Shown here in pieces: positions 20,039 to 29,321 of a stretch of 51,842 nt of DNA. Positions within the stretch are counted from its first letter, which is position 1. Each line of letters begins with the position of its first letter. The translations under genes and the position numbers were made by a program. This DNA comes from Gammaproteobacteria bacterium (GTDB lineage: Bacteria > Pseudomonadota > Gammaproteobacteria > JAADGQ01): assembly GCA_013152295.1 (NCBI GenBank), contig JAADGQ010000064.1, positions 3,631-55,472 of the forward strand, read 5' to 3'. The notes beneath the pieces were generated by a model. That model was given only the letters and a program-made list of their open reading frames with translations, had not been told where the DNA came from and did not search any database.

Positions 20039-21417
20039 AAACCGAGGTGGCACCACAGCGCAATATCTACAGCGTCTCGCGTCTCAACAGAGAGGCACGC
20101 AGCCTGCTGGAGATCAATTTTCCATTGATCTGGGTGGAGGGTGAGATATCGAACCTGTCGCGCCCCGCCTCCGGGCACATCTACTTTTCGCTGAAAGACC
20201 CCGCGGCCCAACTGCGCTGCGCCATGTTTCGCATGCGCAACAGAGGGCTCACGTTTACGCCTGAAAACGGCTCACAAGTACTGGTGCGCGGGCGCATCAG
20301 CCTCTACGAAGGGCGTGGTGACTTTCAGCTGATTGCAGACCACATGGAGGCCGCAGGCGATGGCGCGCTGCGCCGTGCCTACGAGCAGCTCAAACAGCGC
20401 CTCGCCGATGAGGGGCTGTTCGACGAAGCCGAGAAACAGGCGCTGCCGACCCTGCCGCGTAAAATCGGCGTTATCACCTCGCCGAGCGGCGCCGCCATCC
20501 ACGACATTCTTACTGTGTTAGCACGGCGTTTCCCGGCGATCCCCGTTGTCGTTTATCCCACCAGCGTGCAAGGACAGAGCGCCGCCGCAGAGATTGCCGC
20601 AGCACTGAAACGAGCCAACAGCCACCACGAGTGCGACGTGCTCATCGTTGCCCGTGGCGGTGGCTCGCTGGAGGATCTATGGGCATTTAACGAAGAGCCG
20701 GTGGCGCGCGCCATTTACGCCAGCACCATCCCCATCATCAGCGGCATCGGCCACGAGAGTGACGTGACCATCGCCGATTTCGTCGCGGATCGCCGCGCGG
20801 CCACTCCGTCGGCTGCCGCAGAGATCGCCAGCCCCGACAGCAGCGAGTGGCTCGGCTCATTTCAGTACTACGAAGAGCGCCTCGCTACGTTGGCGCAACA
20901 ACGCGTTGGTGAACAGCAGCAACGGCTTGAGTGGCTAAACCAACGCATGCTGCAACAACACCCAACCCAGGTGCTCAATATTCGCGCCCAGCGCCTCGAT
21001 GAGCTGGAGCAGCGCCTACGACGAGCACAGCACTCTTTATTCAAGCAAAGACACCAACAGTTAGAGCAAGCAAGCGCTCATCTGCAGCGCGTCAGCCCAG
21101 CCCAGCCTTTGCAGCAACGACTGGCTCAATGGCGTTTTCTCAACCAACGGTTAACGAGCGCCATGACGCGCAAGCTGGACGCCTGCCGACAGCAGCTCAG
21201 CGCACTGAGTCGCACCCTCGATGACGTAAGCCCGCTGGCAACCCTCGGGCGCGGTTATGCCATCGTGCGTCGCCTGCCCAATAAAACCCTGGTGCGTGCA
21301 GCCAAAGAGATGCAGATAGGCGACCAGATTGAGGCCCACCTCGCTCAAGGGCGCATTACCTGCACCGTAAGCTCAACCAACGATGACCACGACAGTGAAA
21401 ACAGAACAATCAAATAA
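20035..21417 (+). CDS. xseA: Exodeoxyribonuclease VII large subunit
   Basis: 460 aa. N-terminal OB fold ([13 protein letters not shown]...[23 protein letters not shown]), catalytic core and a C-terminal coiled coil. ATGA overlap with the uvrB stop. Confidence 0.96.
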
Positions 21418-22315
21418 CCACTATTGGCACTCATGCAAGCCACTGCTGTGGCTCATTGCGCTCGGCGCAATGGCTCTGACACCAACACTCTATGCTGCAG
21501 AGCTACCAACATCGACGCCCGTACCGGGTGGTGTTGCCGTTATCGCCCTGAAACTGAGTGGTGCTCCGACACCGCAGGTACGCTACCGCCAACGACAGGT
21601 GATGGTGCGTGCAGGCAAAAAGGGCTGGTACGCCGTAGTCGGTATTCCGCTATCGGCAAAAACCGGCAGCCACAAACTGCAAGTCAGCCAAGGTGAAGTA
21701 CGCTACCCCATCAGCTTCAGCGTGCGTGCAAAAAGCTATGAAGAGCAGCACATCACCATTAAAGACAAGCGCAAAGTCAATCCCAACAAACTGGATATGA
21801 CACGCATCACACGTGAACGAAAACAGATTCGCGCCGCATTCAGAGCGTGGAGTAAGCCACTCGACACAGAGCAGAGCCACAGTTTGAATTTTGAGCTGCC
21901 TGTGAGCGGCCGCCTCAGTAGCCCGTTTGGTCTGCGCCGTTTTTTCAATGAGCAAGCACGCAAACCCCATAGCGGGCTCGATATTGCCGCAGCCAAAGGC
22001 ACACCCATTCGCGCTCCCGCCGCCGGGCGTGTCGTCGAAACAGGTCATTTTTTCTTCAACGGCAATAGCGTTTTCATCGACCACGGCCACGGCTTGATCA
22101 CCATGTATTGCCATATGGACAGCATTGGCGTAAAAGTTGGCCAGGAACTCGCGCCGGGCGAATCGATCGGCACCATTGGCAACACCGGCCGCGCCACCGG
22201 CCCACACCTGCACTGGAGCGTCAGCCTCAACGATGCGCGTGTCGACCCCGCGCTGTTTCTCTCCCGACAACAGCGGAACCAACTATCCAATTCGCTCAAT
22301 ACAAAAACTAACTAG
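21383..22315 (+). CDS. M23 family metallopeptidase (murein DD-endopeptidase-like)
   Basis: 310 aa. Signal peptide, HSGLDIAA (HxxxD) and GNTGRATGPHLHW (HxH). The start overlaps the xseA 3' end by 35 nt, and no later in-frame start keeps the signal peptide. Confidence 0.9.
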   Translation: MTTTVKTEQSNNHYWHSCKPLLWLIALGAMALTPTLYAAELPTSTPVPGGVAVIALKLSGAPTPQVRYRQRQVMVRAGKKGWYAVVGIPLSAKTGSHKLQVSQGEVRYPISFSVRAKSYEEQHITIKDKRKVNPNKLDMTRITRERKQIRAAFRAWSKPLDTEQSHSLNFELPVSGRLSSPFGLRRFFNEQARKPHSGLDIAAAKGTPIRAPAAGRVVETGHFFFNGNSVFIDHGHGLITMYCHMDSIGVKVGQELAPGESIGTIGNTGRATGPHLHWSVSLNDARVDPALFLSRQQRNQLSNSLNTKTN

Positions 22316-22339
22316 ACACCCAAATAAGGAGATAAATAA

Positions 22340-23809
22340 ATGAAGAATGGTTATCGTCGCTGGTGTGCCATATTAACCCTTAGCGTGGCCATCGCGGGCT
22401 GCGCCACCCCACCCAAACTCAGCGATGAAGAGACGGTTGCTCAACAGGATAAAATTGCCCAACTGGAGCGCCGCATAAAAGAGGCACGCTCACAAGGCGT
22501 CAACTATTTAGCGCCAGAGAGCTACAAGAGTGCCCTGCAAAGCCTTGACGATGCCTCAAAAAGTGCCAGCGACAATAAGTTTGATAAAGCCGACGCAGCC
22601 ACCAGTGCCGGACTGGCCGCGCTAGACAAAGCAGAGCACGATGCCGCAACCAGCCGCGATCTGCTCGCCGAAATTTTGGCGATGCGCGAACGCGCAATTC
22701 GTGCAAGTGCACGGCAACTGTTTGAAAAAAACACGGCGGCACTCGAAAAAGAGCTGAGCGAATTGGCAAATCTTATTGAAAAAAACCAGCTGGAAAAAGC
22801 TAAACGTATGCGTCCTGAACTCATCAGCGCCTACGCAGATCTGGAGCTGGCCGCACTCAAAGAGACCACCATTGATGCAGCACGCGCATCGATCAACAGT
22901 GCAAAAGAGGAAGATGCAGAGACACAGGCACCTAAAACGCTGAAGCTGGCCGAGGAGGAGTTGGCCCTGTCACTCTCCATTCTGGATGCAGACCGCACTC
23001 AAACCGACAAAGCCAATCGTCACGCCAAACGTGCCAAATGGCATGCCGAGCGTAGCCGCAACTTGACCGAAGTCAGTAAAGATTTTGATCGTCGCGACTA
23101 CACGATGGAGGATGTTTTACTCTGGCATCAGCAACAACTCAGCGATATCTACCAACCACTGGGCAGTGAACTTCCGTTCAACCAACCCGCCAGCAACACC
23201 GTAACCACCATGCGCAGCACTTACACCAAACTGCTCAAAGAGCGTGCAGAGATAAACTCATTATCGGCCCAAACCGAGGCCAAGCTCCACGCTCAAACAG
23301 CACTGAACCAAGAGGAGGTTGATCGACTCAAACAGGAGTTTGAACTGACGGCCAAAAAGCGTGAGGCCCAAAAGAGAAAAGAGAAGGAGGAGCAACAACG
23401 CTTTGAGTCCGTGCAGTCCCTTTTCACCCAAAACGAAGCCAACGTCTACCGTCAACGGCAAAATGTGTTGGTCTCGGCGCACGGCTTTCGATTCCCCTCA
23501 GGCGGGAGCGAAATCGAGGCAGACAACTTCGCCATGCTCAATAAAATCGTCCGCGCCATTAATACGTTTCCCAATAGCGCCATTGAGGTCTCGGGTCACA
23601 CAGACTCAACAGGACAGGACAATACCAACAAATGGCTCTCACAAGAGCGGGCCGAGAAAGTGGTTAAATTTCTCATTGAGATCGGTGGCTTTGCACCCAG
23701 TCGCTTAACTGCCCTGGGCTACGGCGAAGCACGCCCTGTCGCCAGCAACAAAACGCGGGGCGGCCGCGCAGCCAACCGCCGTGTTGAAATTTTAATCGTT
23801 AATCCTTGA
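22340..23809 (+). CDS. OmpA-family lipoprotein with a long N-terminal coiled-coil (DUF4398-like) region
   Basis: 489 aa. Lipobox VAIAGCAT. C-terminal OmpA_C motif GHTDSTG...NRRVEI. AAGGAG SD. Confidence 0.92.
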   Translation: MKNGYRRWCAILTLSVAIAGCATPPKLSDEETVAQQDKIAQLERRIKEARSQGVNYLAPESYKSALQSLDDASKSASDNKFDKADAATSAGLAALDKAEHDAATSRDLLAEILAMRERAIRASARQLFEKNTAALEKELSELANLIEKNQLEKAKRMRPELISAYADLELAALKETTIDAARASINSAKEEDAETQAPKTLKLAEEELALSLSILDADRTQTDKANRHAKRAKWHAERSRNLTEVSKDFDRRDYTMEDVLLWHQQQLSDIYQPLGSELPFNQPASNTVTTMRSTYTKLLKERAEINSLSAQTEAKLHAQTALNQEEVDRLKQEFELTAKKREAQKRKEKEEQQRFESVQSLFTQNEANVYRQRQNVLVSAHGFRFPSGGSEIEADNFAMLNKIVRAINTFPNSAIEVSGHTDSTGQDNTNKWLSQERAEKVVKFLIEIGGFAPSRLTALGYGEARPVASNKTRGGRAANRRVEILIVNP

Positions 23810-23873
23810 CACCAAATCGGACAGACCGGGCACGGACGCCCTTCAAGCCTGTATTCAAAAAGCATAAGGAGCC

Positions 23874-24284
23874 ATGAAAACAGATCGGCAAAATGATGCA
23901 CAAAAAAACATGGCGGTGCGCATCGACAAATGGTTGTGGGCTGCACGTTTTTTCAAAACACGTGCGCTGGCTGCCGATGCAATTAACGGCGGCAAGGTGC
24001 ATCTGAACGGTAGCAAAACCAAACCCGCCAAACACATCAAAGAGGGAGACCGCCTCTCAATCCGTCGCGGCCCCTACGAGCATGCCATTGTTGTATGCGC
24101 ATTGAATCACCAGCGACGCCCCGCCAAAGAGGCCGTATTGTTGTACGAAGAGAGCGCAGCAAGCATTGAAAACCGCCAACGCCTGGCCGAACAGCTGCGC
24201 CAACAAGCGCCAACCGGCGCACTCGCAAAGGGACGGCCCAGCAAAAAGAATCGCCGCCAGATCATTCAGTTCACAGGAAAGTAG
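23874..24284 (+). CDS. hslR: Ribosome-associated heat shock protein Hsp15 (S4 RNA-binding domain)
   Basis: 136 aa. VRIDKWLWAARFFKTRALA...GGKVHLNG matches Hsp15. AAGGAG SD. Confidence 0.92.
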   Translation: MKTDRQNDAQKNMAVRIDKWLWAARFFKTRALAADAINGGKVHLNGSKTKPAKHIKEGDRLSIRRGPYEHAIVVCALNHQRRPAKEAVLLYEESAASIENRQRLAEQLRQQAPTGALAKGRPSKKNRRQIIQFTGK

Positions 24285-24334
24285 TGCAGGCAAACAGCAA
24301 AAGCAGCAATATGAGATAAATGGGGGCCATCAAC

Positions 24335-24667
24335 ATGAATATCCTGCCACCAGGCGAAGGGCTCAACACGCAACTCCTGAAAGATGCCAACAGTGCCGAG
24401 CGTGCAGTCAAACAAGCGGACCCTGTAACCGCCATCGATAAAACCGCCCCGTCAAAAAAAGAGTCCAGCGATGACGCGCACGCTGAAAAAAGAGAGCAAC
24501 AATCTGCAACGGATACTCCTGTGAACCCGGAGCGCCGCAAGGATGATCGACGTAAAAAAAACATCCCGGTCATTCTTGATACCCGCGACAGCCACGAGCG
24601 ACGCTCACTGCACAACCAGCAAAATAGCGATACAACCACGCAGGGTGGCATCGATCTGAAAGCTTGA
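24335..24667 (+). CDS. Hypothetical highly charged, low-complexity protein
   Basis: About 110 aa, on the same strand as both flanking genes and tightly spaced between them. There is a G-rich SD-like run before ATG 24335; ATG 24320 is also possible. I recognise no family. Confidence 0.5.
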   Translation: MNILPPGEGLNTQLLKDANSAERAVKQADPVTAIDKTAPSKKESSDDAHAEKREQQSATDTPVNPERRKDDRRKKNIPVILDTRDSHERRSLHNQQNSDTTTQGGIDLKA

Positions 24668-24698
24668 ATTAAGTACTGATGCTGGGGCAGATTCATCC

Positions 24699-25448
24699 AT
24701 GTTGGAAATTCTCTATCACGACGCGCACCTGGTTGCGGTCAACAAACCCAGCGGTCTGCTCGTGCACCGCTCGATGATTGATCGCCACGAAACACGCTTT
24801 GCACTACAGCTGGTGCGCGACCAGATCGGCCAGCGCGTCTACCCCGTCCATCGCCTCGACAAACCCACCTCCGGCGTATTGCTGTTTGCACTGAGCCCTG
24901 CAATCGCTCGCCAAGTGAGCGAACTGTTCAGCGCCCGAGAGACACAAAAGCACTATCTCAGCGTCGTGCGTGGATACACTCAAGAACACGACATCATCGA
25001 CTACCCACTCAAAGAGCAGCTGGACAAGATAGCCGACCACCAAGCAGACCCAACAAAAGCAGCCCAACCCGCTATAACCGAATACCAATGCCTTGCAACC
25101 CTGGAACTACCCTACCCCGTCGGCCGCTACCCCACTGCCCGCTATTCGTTAATCAAACTATCCCCAAAAACAGGGCGCAAACACCAAATCCGCCGCCACA
25201 TGAAACATATCTTCCACCCGATAGTTGGTGATACAACGCACGGTGATAGCAAACATAACCAGCTGTTTCGAGACATTTACGACTCTCATCGCCTGCTGCT
25301 TCACGCGCACAAACTGGCATTTATTCATCCTGTGAGTGGTCAAGCGATTGAGATTGCTGCACCGCTGGACGAGAGCTTTTCACACGTCATCGCAATGTTT
25401 GACAGTCAGATGAATATTTATGCCGCTATTCATACAGGCCACCCGTAG
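24699..25448 (+). CDS. truC: tRNA pseudouridine(65) synthase TruC
   Basis: 249 aa, RluA-family core with catalytic HRLDKPTSGVLLFA. Size and lack of an S4 domain fit TruC. Confidence 0.88.
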   Translation: MLEILYHDAHLVAVNKPSGLLVHRSMIDRHETRFALQLVRDQIGQRVYPVHRLDKPTSGVLLFALSPAIARQVSELFSARETQKHYLSVVRGYTQEHDIIDYPLKEQLDKIADHQADPTKAAQPAITEYQCLATLELPYPVGRYPTARYSLIKLSPKTGRKHQIRRHMKHIFHPIVGDTTHGDSKHNQLFRDIYDSHRLLLHAHKLAFIHPVSGQAIEIAAPLDESFSHVIAMFDSQMNIYAAIHTGHP

Positions 25449-25529
25449 GCCCGTTCAAGCCGTGGCGGAACGGGCAGGGCTTTTCTGCCTATCAACGCCT
25501 GATCCGCTGAGGCTTGATCAGGCCTACGG
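25443..25529. repeat. REP/BIME-like extragenic palindrome of the E. coli GCCTGAT...ATCAGGCCTAC type
   Basis: Termini CCGTAGGCC (25443-25451) and GGCCTACGG (25521-25529) are exact inverted repeats. Internal hairpins are GCCCGTTC/GAACGGGC (25449-25475) and CCTGATC/GATCAGG (25498-25522). The left terminus overlaps the truC stop codon. Confidence 0.75.
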
Positions 25530-25566
25530 CGATGTTTGTTGTCGTCGAAATCGATATGGAAGTTGA

Positions 25567-25649
25567 GTAGCCTGGGTTGAGGAACGAAACCCAGGGAGAG
25601 GGGCATTTGGACAACGACCCCGGGTTTCGCACAGCTCAACCCAGCCTAC
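25567..25649. repeat. Second palindromic repeat unit (GTAGCCTGGGTTGAG ... CTCAACCCAGCCTAC)
   Basis: 15-nt inverted termini match at 14 of 15 positions (25567-25581 and 25635-25649). There is an internal hairpin CCTGGGTT/AACCCAGG. It resembles the widespread GGGTTTCG...CAACCCA repeat class. Confidence 0.7.
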
Positions 25650-25687
25650 AAAATTTGAGTTGAACCACTACAAGTGAACAGAGCAGA

Positions 25688-26317
25688 TCACCCCTTTTTT
25701 GCCTTGACTAACTTATCCAGCAGACCGCTACTCTTCGCACCTTCGCGCCCCCCGCTGAACGCCGAGGCGTATTCAGTCAAGACATCATCCAGCACTTTTT
25801 GATTCTCCTCCATCTCATCGGTCAGCTTGCGCATTGCTTCGTGCAGCGCCTTGTTTTCAGTCGATAGAGACAGGAGCTGCGCAGTACTCTCCTCCTCCTG
25901 AAGTTTGGCCTGAACTTCGCTTTGGGCGTGAATCGCGCTCGCGCTCTTGCTCAAAATATCACGATAGATATTCGTTACATCGTTCAGGCGTTCATCCAGA
26001 TTAACGAAGGCATCGCCATCCCGGTTGTAATAGACATCGACCATATGTTTATAAAACAGCCGCTCTTTTTTGAGGAGTGCCTTGACGACGGTTTCGGCCT
26101 CCTCTGCACTGCACTGACATTCGTTATTAAAAAAATCATTCAGTGTTGTGTTGCGCTGCTCTTCGTTGCTGACCACCTTGTCGACAAACTCATCGACCGC
26201 CACTTCGTCGCGGCGACGCCTGCGCCAGTAAATAAACAGGGCAGCAACAAGCAGCACAGCGACAACGGCCACTGCCTCGGTAAGAAATATGATTGTTAGC
26301 GGATTGGTTTCAACCAT
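25688..26317 (-). CDS. Single-pass membrane protein with a cytoplasmic coiled coil, unknown function
   Basis: About 209 aa. N-terminal TM (LTIIFLTEAVAVVAVLLVAALFIYW) followed by RRRRR, then heptad-like E/K/L-rich sequence. ATG 26317 overlaps the upstream stop (ATGGTTGA). Confidence 0.8.
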   Translation of the reverse strand: MVETNPLTIIFLTEAVAVVAVLLVAALFIYWRRRRRDEVAVDEFVDKVVSNEEQRNTTLNDFFNNECQCSAEEAETVVKALLKKERLFYKHMVDVYYNRDGDAFVNLDERLNDVTNIYRDILSKSASAIHAQSEVQAKLQEEESTAQLLSLSTENKALHEAMRKLTDEMEENQKVLDDVLTEYASAFSGGREGAKSSGLLDKLVKAKKG

Positions 26318-28178
26318 CACTATCGTCGCTTAATGCACCGTCCAACTTCGCAAATGCTTGCCGCCGGGATCTAACATATTTTCTATAGCCAAACCACGCC
26401 ATCCCGATAAGGAGTCCGTTCACGATCAACACCTGAAGAATCACCATAATCCAGTTGGGTGAGCCACTGGCATCAGCGGCTGATCCATTTTCCACCCCTG
26501 TATCAGTTGCTTGATCGGCGCCAGCCGTTTTTTCTCCACTTTTCACCCTGACAATGGCTTTGCCGAAACCGATTCGTTTGGAGCGATAGCTGATGCGCCT
26601 GCCATCGGGGCGTATCCCTTTGACATAGACCTGCAGCGAGCGCCGCCCCTGCTCGGGGGCCGCTGCCACCACCATAGACCACACGCCGTCACCACTCTTG
26701 GCAACCTTGTACTTTTTGCGCAGACTGTCTCTGTTTGAGATAAAAGCGGAAACAACAGGACTCTTTTCCAGATCGACCAGCGCAGGGTGAGGGGTGACAG
26801 AGAGTAGATACTGCTCTTTTTTGGTTCCCGGTTTTGCTTTGAATGCGATGCTAACCGGACTGTCATAGACGTGAGCCAGGTAACGCTTTTCCCGGCGAAA
26901 AGTAATACCGTCTACAACCAGCGTCAGATCCTGTACTCCTGTGCGCGGCCATTTGGAGACGCGCAAACTGAAGGTGCCGTCACCCGCAACGCGATCGGCG
27001 CCACGGCCATCATCTTTAAAATCCCACTGCTGCCACTTCTTCTCGTTTTTGCCGGCAATCAGTTTGATATCGAGGATGGCGAGAAATTCACGGCTATCAA
27101 TCACACGGCCCTCTTGAGTCAGGCGCACATGAAAATCGACGTGATCACCCACGAGCAACGCCTTGGGTACAGGTGATGTCTCCAGGCTGATGTCGGTAAC
27201 AACGGTAACACGATTATCAGGGTCCACCTCGCCAACGACCTCCCAGTTTCCAGATCGTGGCTGCTTGATGGTGACTAAATCGTAACCTTCCTCTCTGTGC
27301 CAGCGTACGTTTTGCGGATGGTCACGCCAGTGAACAATTTCGCCATTTGGTGCCAGAATCGTCGATGGTGAAGTGCTGTTGGCGTGAAATGAGAGCACGG
27401 TCATTTCGTTAACACTGCGATCAACGTTGAAATGGTTGTTTCTCAACGGCAATGTATCGGGCCTGACGGCCTCTTCGTACATGCGCAGAAAAACCCGTTC
27501 CAACTGCCGAACATCATCCACTTTGCTATACCAACCACCGCTGGCACCCGAGAGCTGCCGCAACAAACTCTGGTCAGCCTCATTGGAGAGCGCTATGGTG
27601 TTGATCGCCACGTCCGCTTTTTTAAGACGCGGCAAAATCTCTTTGAGCACCCGCTCTCTGGAGAGACGGTTTTTTTCAGGATCACGGGAGATATCAATCA
27701 CACCATCGGTCAACAGAATCATGGTCCGCTTGTAGGCCGGGTCGGGGCGCGTCCAGTCCCAGGTCGAGCGGCGCATGACCTGTTCAATGTCGGTGAACAG
27801 GCCGAGCGAGTGAATCGAACGCACTTCGCGACTGGCCAGTTCACGCCATGCATCATCCACCTCTCTACCAGGAACAAGCATGTTAACTTCACGAGCAAAG
27901 GTCCATACCCCAGCTCTGGCACCATCTGGAACCAGATCGATCAGCATGTGTACCGCCGGCACACGCAAGTTGTCCGGGTCGTTGTAGCGCATGCTACCGG
28001 ACATATCGATCAACATGCGCGTATCGCTGATCGCGCGATTTTCGCTCCACTTTTCGTCAGCCTCGTCAGCCACAACGACCGTCCACAGCGCTGCTGTGGA
28101 CAGCAACATGGCCAGTAACACTGTATCGATGATCTGTTTAAGCCGTCGCCACGCTCGACCTCTGCGTTCACGCCTCAT
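26310..28178 (-). CDS. Membrane-anchored von Willebrand factor A (VWA) domain protein with a beta-rich middle region and C-terminal TM
   Basis: 622 aa. N-terminal anchor (LLAMLLSTAALWTVVVA), MIDAS motif DMSGS (28007-27993), beta-sandwich-like repeats (DDGRGADRVAGDGTF) and a C-terminal TM (WIMVILQVLIVNGLLIGMAWFGY). Confidence 0.9.
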   Translation of the reverse strand: MRRERRGRAWRRLKQIIDTVLLAMLLSTAALWTVVVADEADEKWSENRAISDTRMLIDMSGSMRYNDPDNLRVPAVHMLIDLVPDGARAGVWTFAREVNMLVPGREVDDAWRELASREVRSIHSLGLFTDIEQVMRRSTWDWTRPDPAYKRTMILLTDGVIDISRDPEKNRLSRERVLKEILPRLKKADVAINTIALSNEADQSLLRQLSGASGGWYSKVDDVRQLERVFLRMYEEAVRPDTLPLRNNHFNVDRSVNEMTVLSFHANSTSPSTILAPNGEIVHWRDHPQNVRWHREEGYDLVTIKQPRSGNWEVVGEVDPDNRVTVVTDISLETSPVPKALLVGDHVDFHVRLTQEGRVIDSREFLAILDIKLIAGKNEKKWQQWDFKDDGRGADRVAGDGTFSLRVSKWPRTGVQDLTLVVDGITFRREKRYLAHVYDSPVSIAFKAKPGTKKEQYLLSVTPHPALVDLEKSPVVSAFISNRDSLRKKYKVAKSGDGVWSMVVAAAPEQGRRSLQVYVKGIRPDGRRISYRSKRIGFGKAIVRVKSGEKTAGADQATDTGVENGSAADASGSPNWIMVILQVLIVNGLLIGMAWFGYRKYVRSRRQAFAKLDGALSDDSDG

Positions 28179-28472
28179 GACGAAAATGCCAACCTGATTA
28201 AGCGCCCTGATTTTGACCCATCACCCACTGCTTGGCAGCCTCGTTTATCTGTCCATTACCAGGATTCACATCAGAATCCGAACCAAAATGCATGCTAAAG
28301 CTAATCCTGAAGCCAAAAAGTCGACCACTTCACGGACAAGCGTTATGCTGTTCTGAGTCGATACGTTAGTTCAAAGTTCTAACGATCTAGCGGCACGGTG
28401 CCACGCTCTCTTGACGGGCGCAGAACAGAACGCGCGGCGCAACAGCCAGCACTTGCGAATGGGAGAGAAGCC

Positions 28473-29270
28473 ATGCCTGACGCACGCACACCCGCTGTTG
28501 CGGGTACATTTTATCCCGCCAATCCGGCTGCGCTCAACGCAGACCTTGCCACCTATATTAATAATGCCGAAAGCAGCGCCCCGCCACCCAAGGCGATCAT
28601 CGTCCCCCACGCGGGCTACATCTACTCCGCTCCGATCGCGGCTAGTGCCTATAAAGCGATCGCTCAGGGCAGAGAAAATTTTCAGCGTGTGGTGCTGCTC
28701 GGCCCGTCTCACCACGTCTCTTTTCACGGCATCGCAACCAGCAGTGCCTCTCACTTCCTGACACCACTAGGCGCTATTGCCATCGACTGCGACGCAGTGA
28801 ATCAGCTGCTCCAGCTCAAACAGGTTCATCAACTGGATGAGGCCCATGCGCAAGAGCACAGCCTTGAGGTCCAGCTGCCGTTTTTGCAAACGGTGCTTAA
28901 CGATTTTTTGCTGATACCGTTAGTAGTGGGTTCTGCTTCCGCCGAGGAGGTGGCAGAGGTCATTGAGCAGCTATGGGGCAGTGACAAAACATTGATTGTC
29001 GTCAGCTCGGACCTGAGTCACTACCAAGACTATGAGCACGCACGCACAACAGACCAAGCGACAACCCGCAAAATTGAAACATTACACTACCAAAATATTA
29101 CAGGCCACGATGCCTGCGGCCACCATCCACTCAACGGTCTGTTACTGGCCGCCCGCCACCACCACCTGCGGGTGACTACGGTTGATTTGCGAAACTCGGG
29201 CGATACGGCAGGGCCACATAATAAAGTGGTGGGCTACGGCGCCTATCTATTGCACGAGACTGTTGCGTAA
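28473..29270 (+). CDS. amrB: AmmeMemoRadiSam system protein B (Memo-like)
   Basis: Contains AGTFYP, VPHAGYIYS, LGPSHH, EHSLEVQLPFL and SSDLSHY, the Memo-family metal-site motifs. GGGAGAG SD lies before ATG 28473; the ORF-track start at 28398 is rejected. Confidence 0.9.
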   Translation: MPDARTPAVAGTFYPANPAALNADLATYINNAESSAPPPKAIIVPHAGYIYSAPIAASAYKAIAQGRENFQRVVLLGPSHHVSFHGIATSSASHFLTPLGAIAIDCDAVNQLLQLKQVHQLDEAHAQEHSLEVQLPFLQTVLNDFLLIPLVVGSASAEEVAEVIEQLWGSDKTLIVVSSDLSHYQDYEHARTTDQATTRKIETLHYQNITGHDACGHHPLNGLLLAARHHHLRVTTVDLRNSGDTAGPHNKVVGYGAYLLHETVA

Positions 29271-29321
29271 AACCGTGCAAACGCAAAGCAGCGCTGTGAA
29301 ATTTAACCCGGAGACTTGGCC

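Noticed and set aside
24271-24696. 141-aa minus-strand ORF overlapping the small charged ORF
   Set aside because: It is Cys/Ser/Leu/Arg-rich and antisense to the transcription direction of both neighbours. It would also overlap the hslR stop. The plus-strand ORF is preferred, but only weakly.
25430-25639. 69-aa minus-strand ORF (…LGFVPQPRL…)
   Set aside because: It is simply the translation of the two palindromic repeat units. Peptides of this kind are classic artefacts of the GGGTTTCG...CAACCCA repeat class.
26310-28178. The VWA protein as a CbbO-like RuBisCO activase adaptor, given cbbM in the window
   Set aside because: CbbO is soluble with a C-terminal VWA domain and pairs with a MoxR-type CbbQ ATPase. 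Here the VWA domain is N-terminal, the protein has two membrane anchors, there is no AAA+ gene nearby, and the locus is 25 kb from cbbM.
28398-28472. Upstream start of the Memo-like ORF
   Set aside because: ATG 28473 has a GGGAGAG Shine-Dalgarno and begins at the conserved N-terminus (AGTFYP follows within 10 aa). The extension is Arg-rich and looks non-coding.
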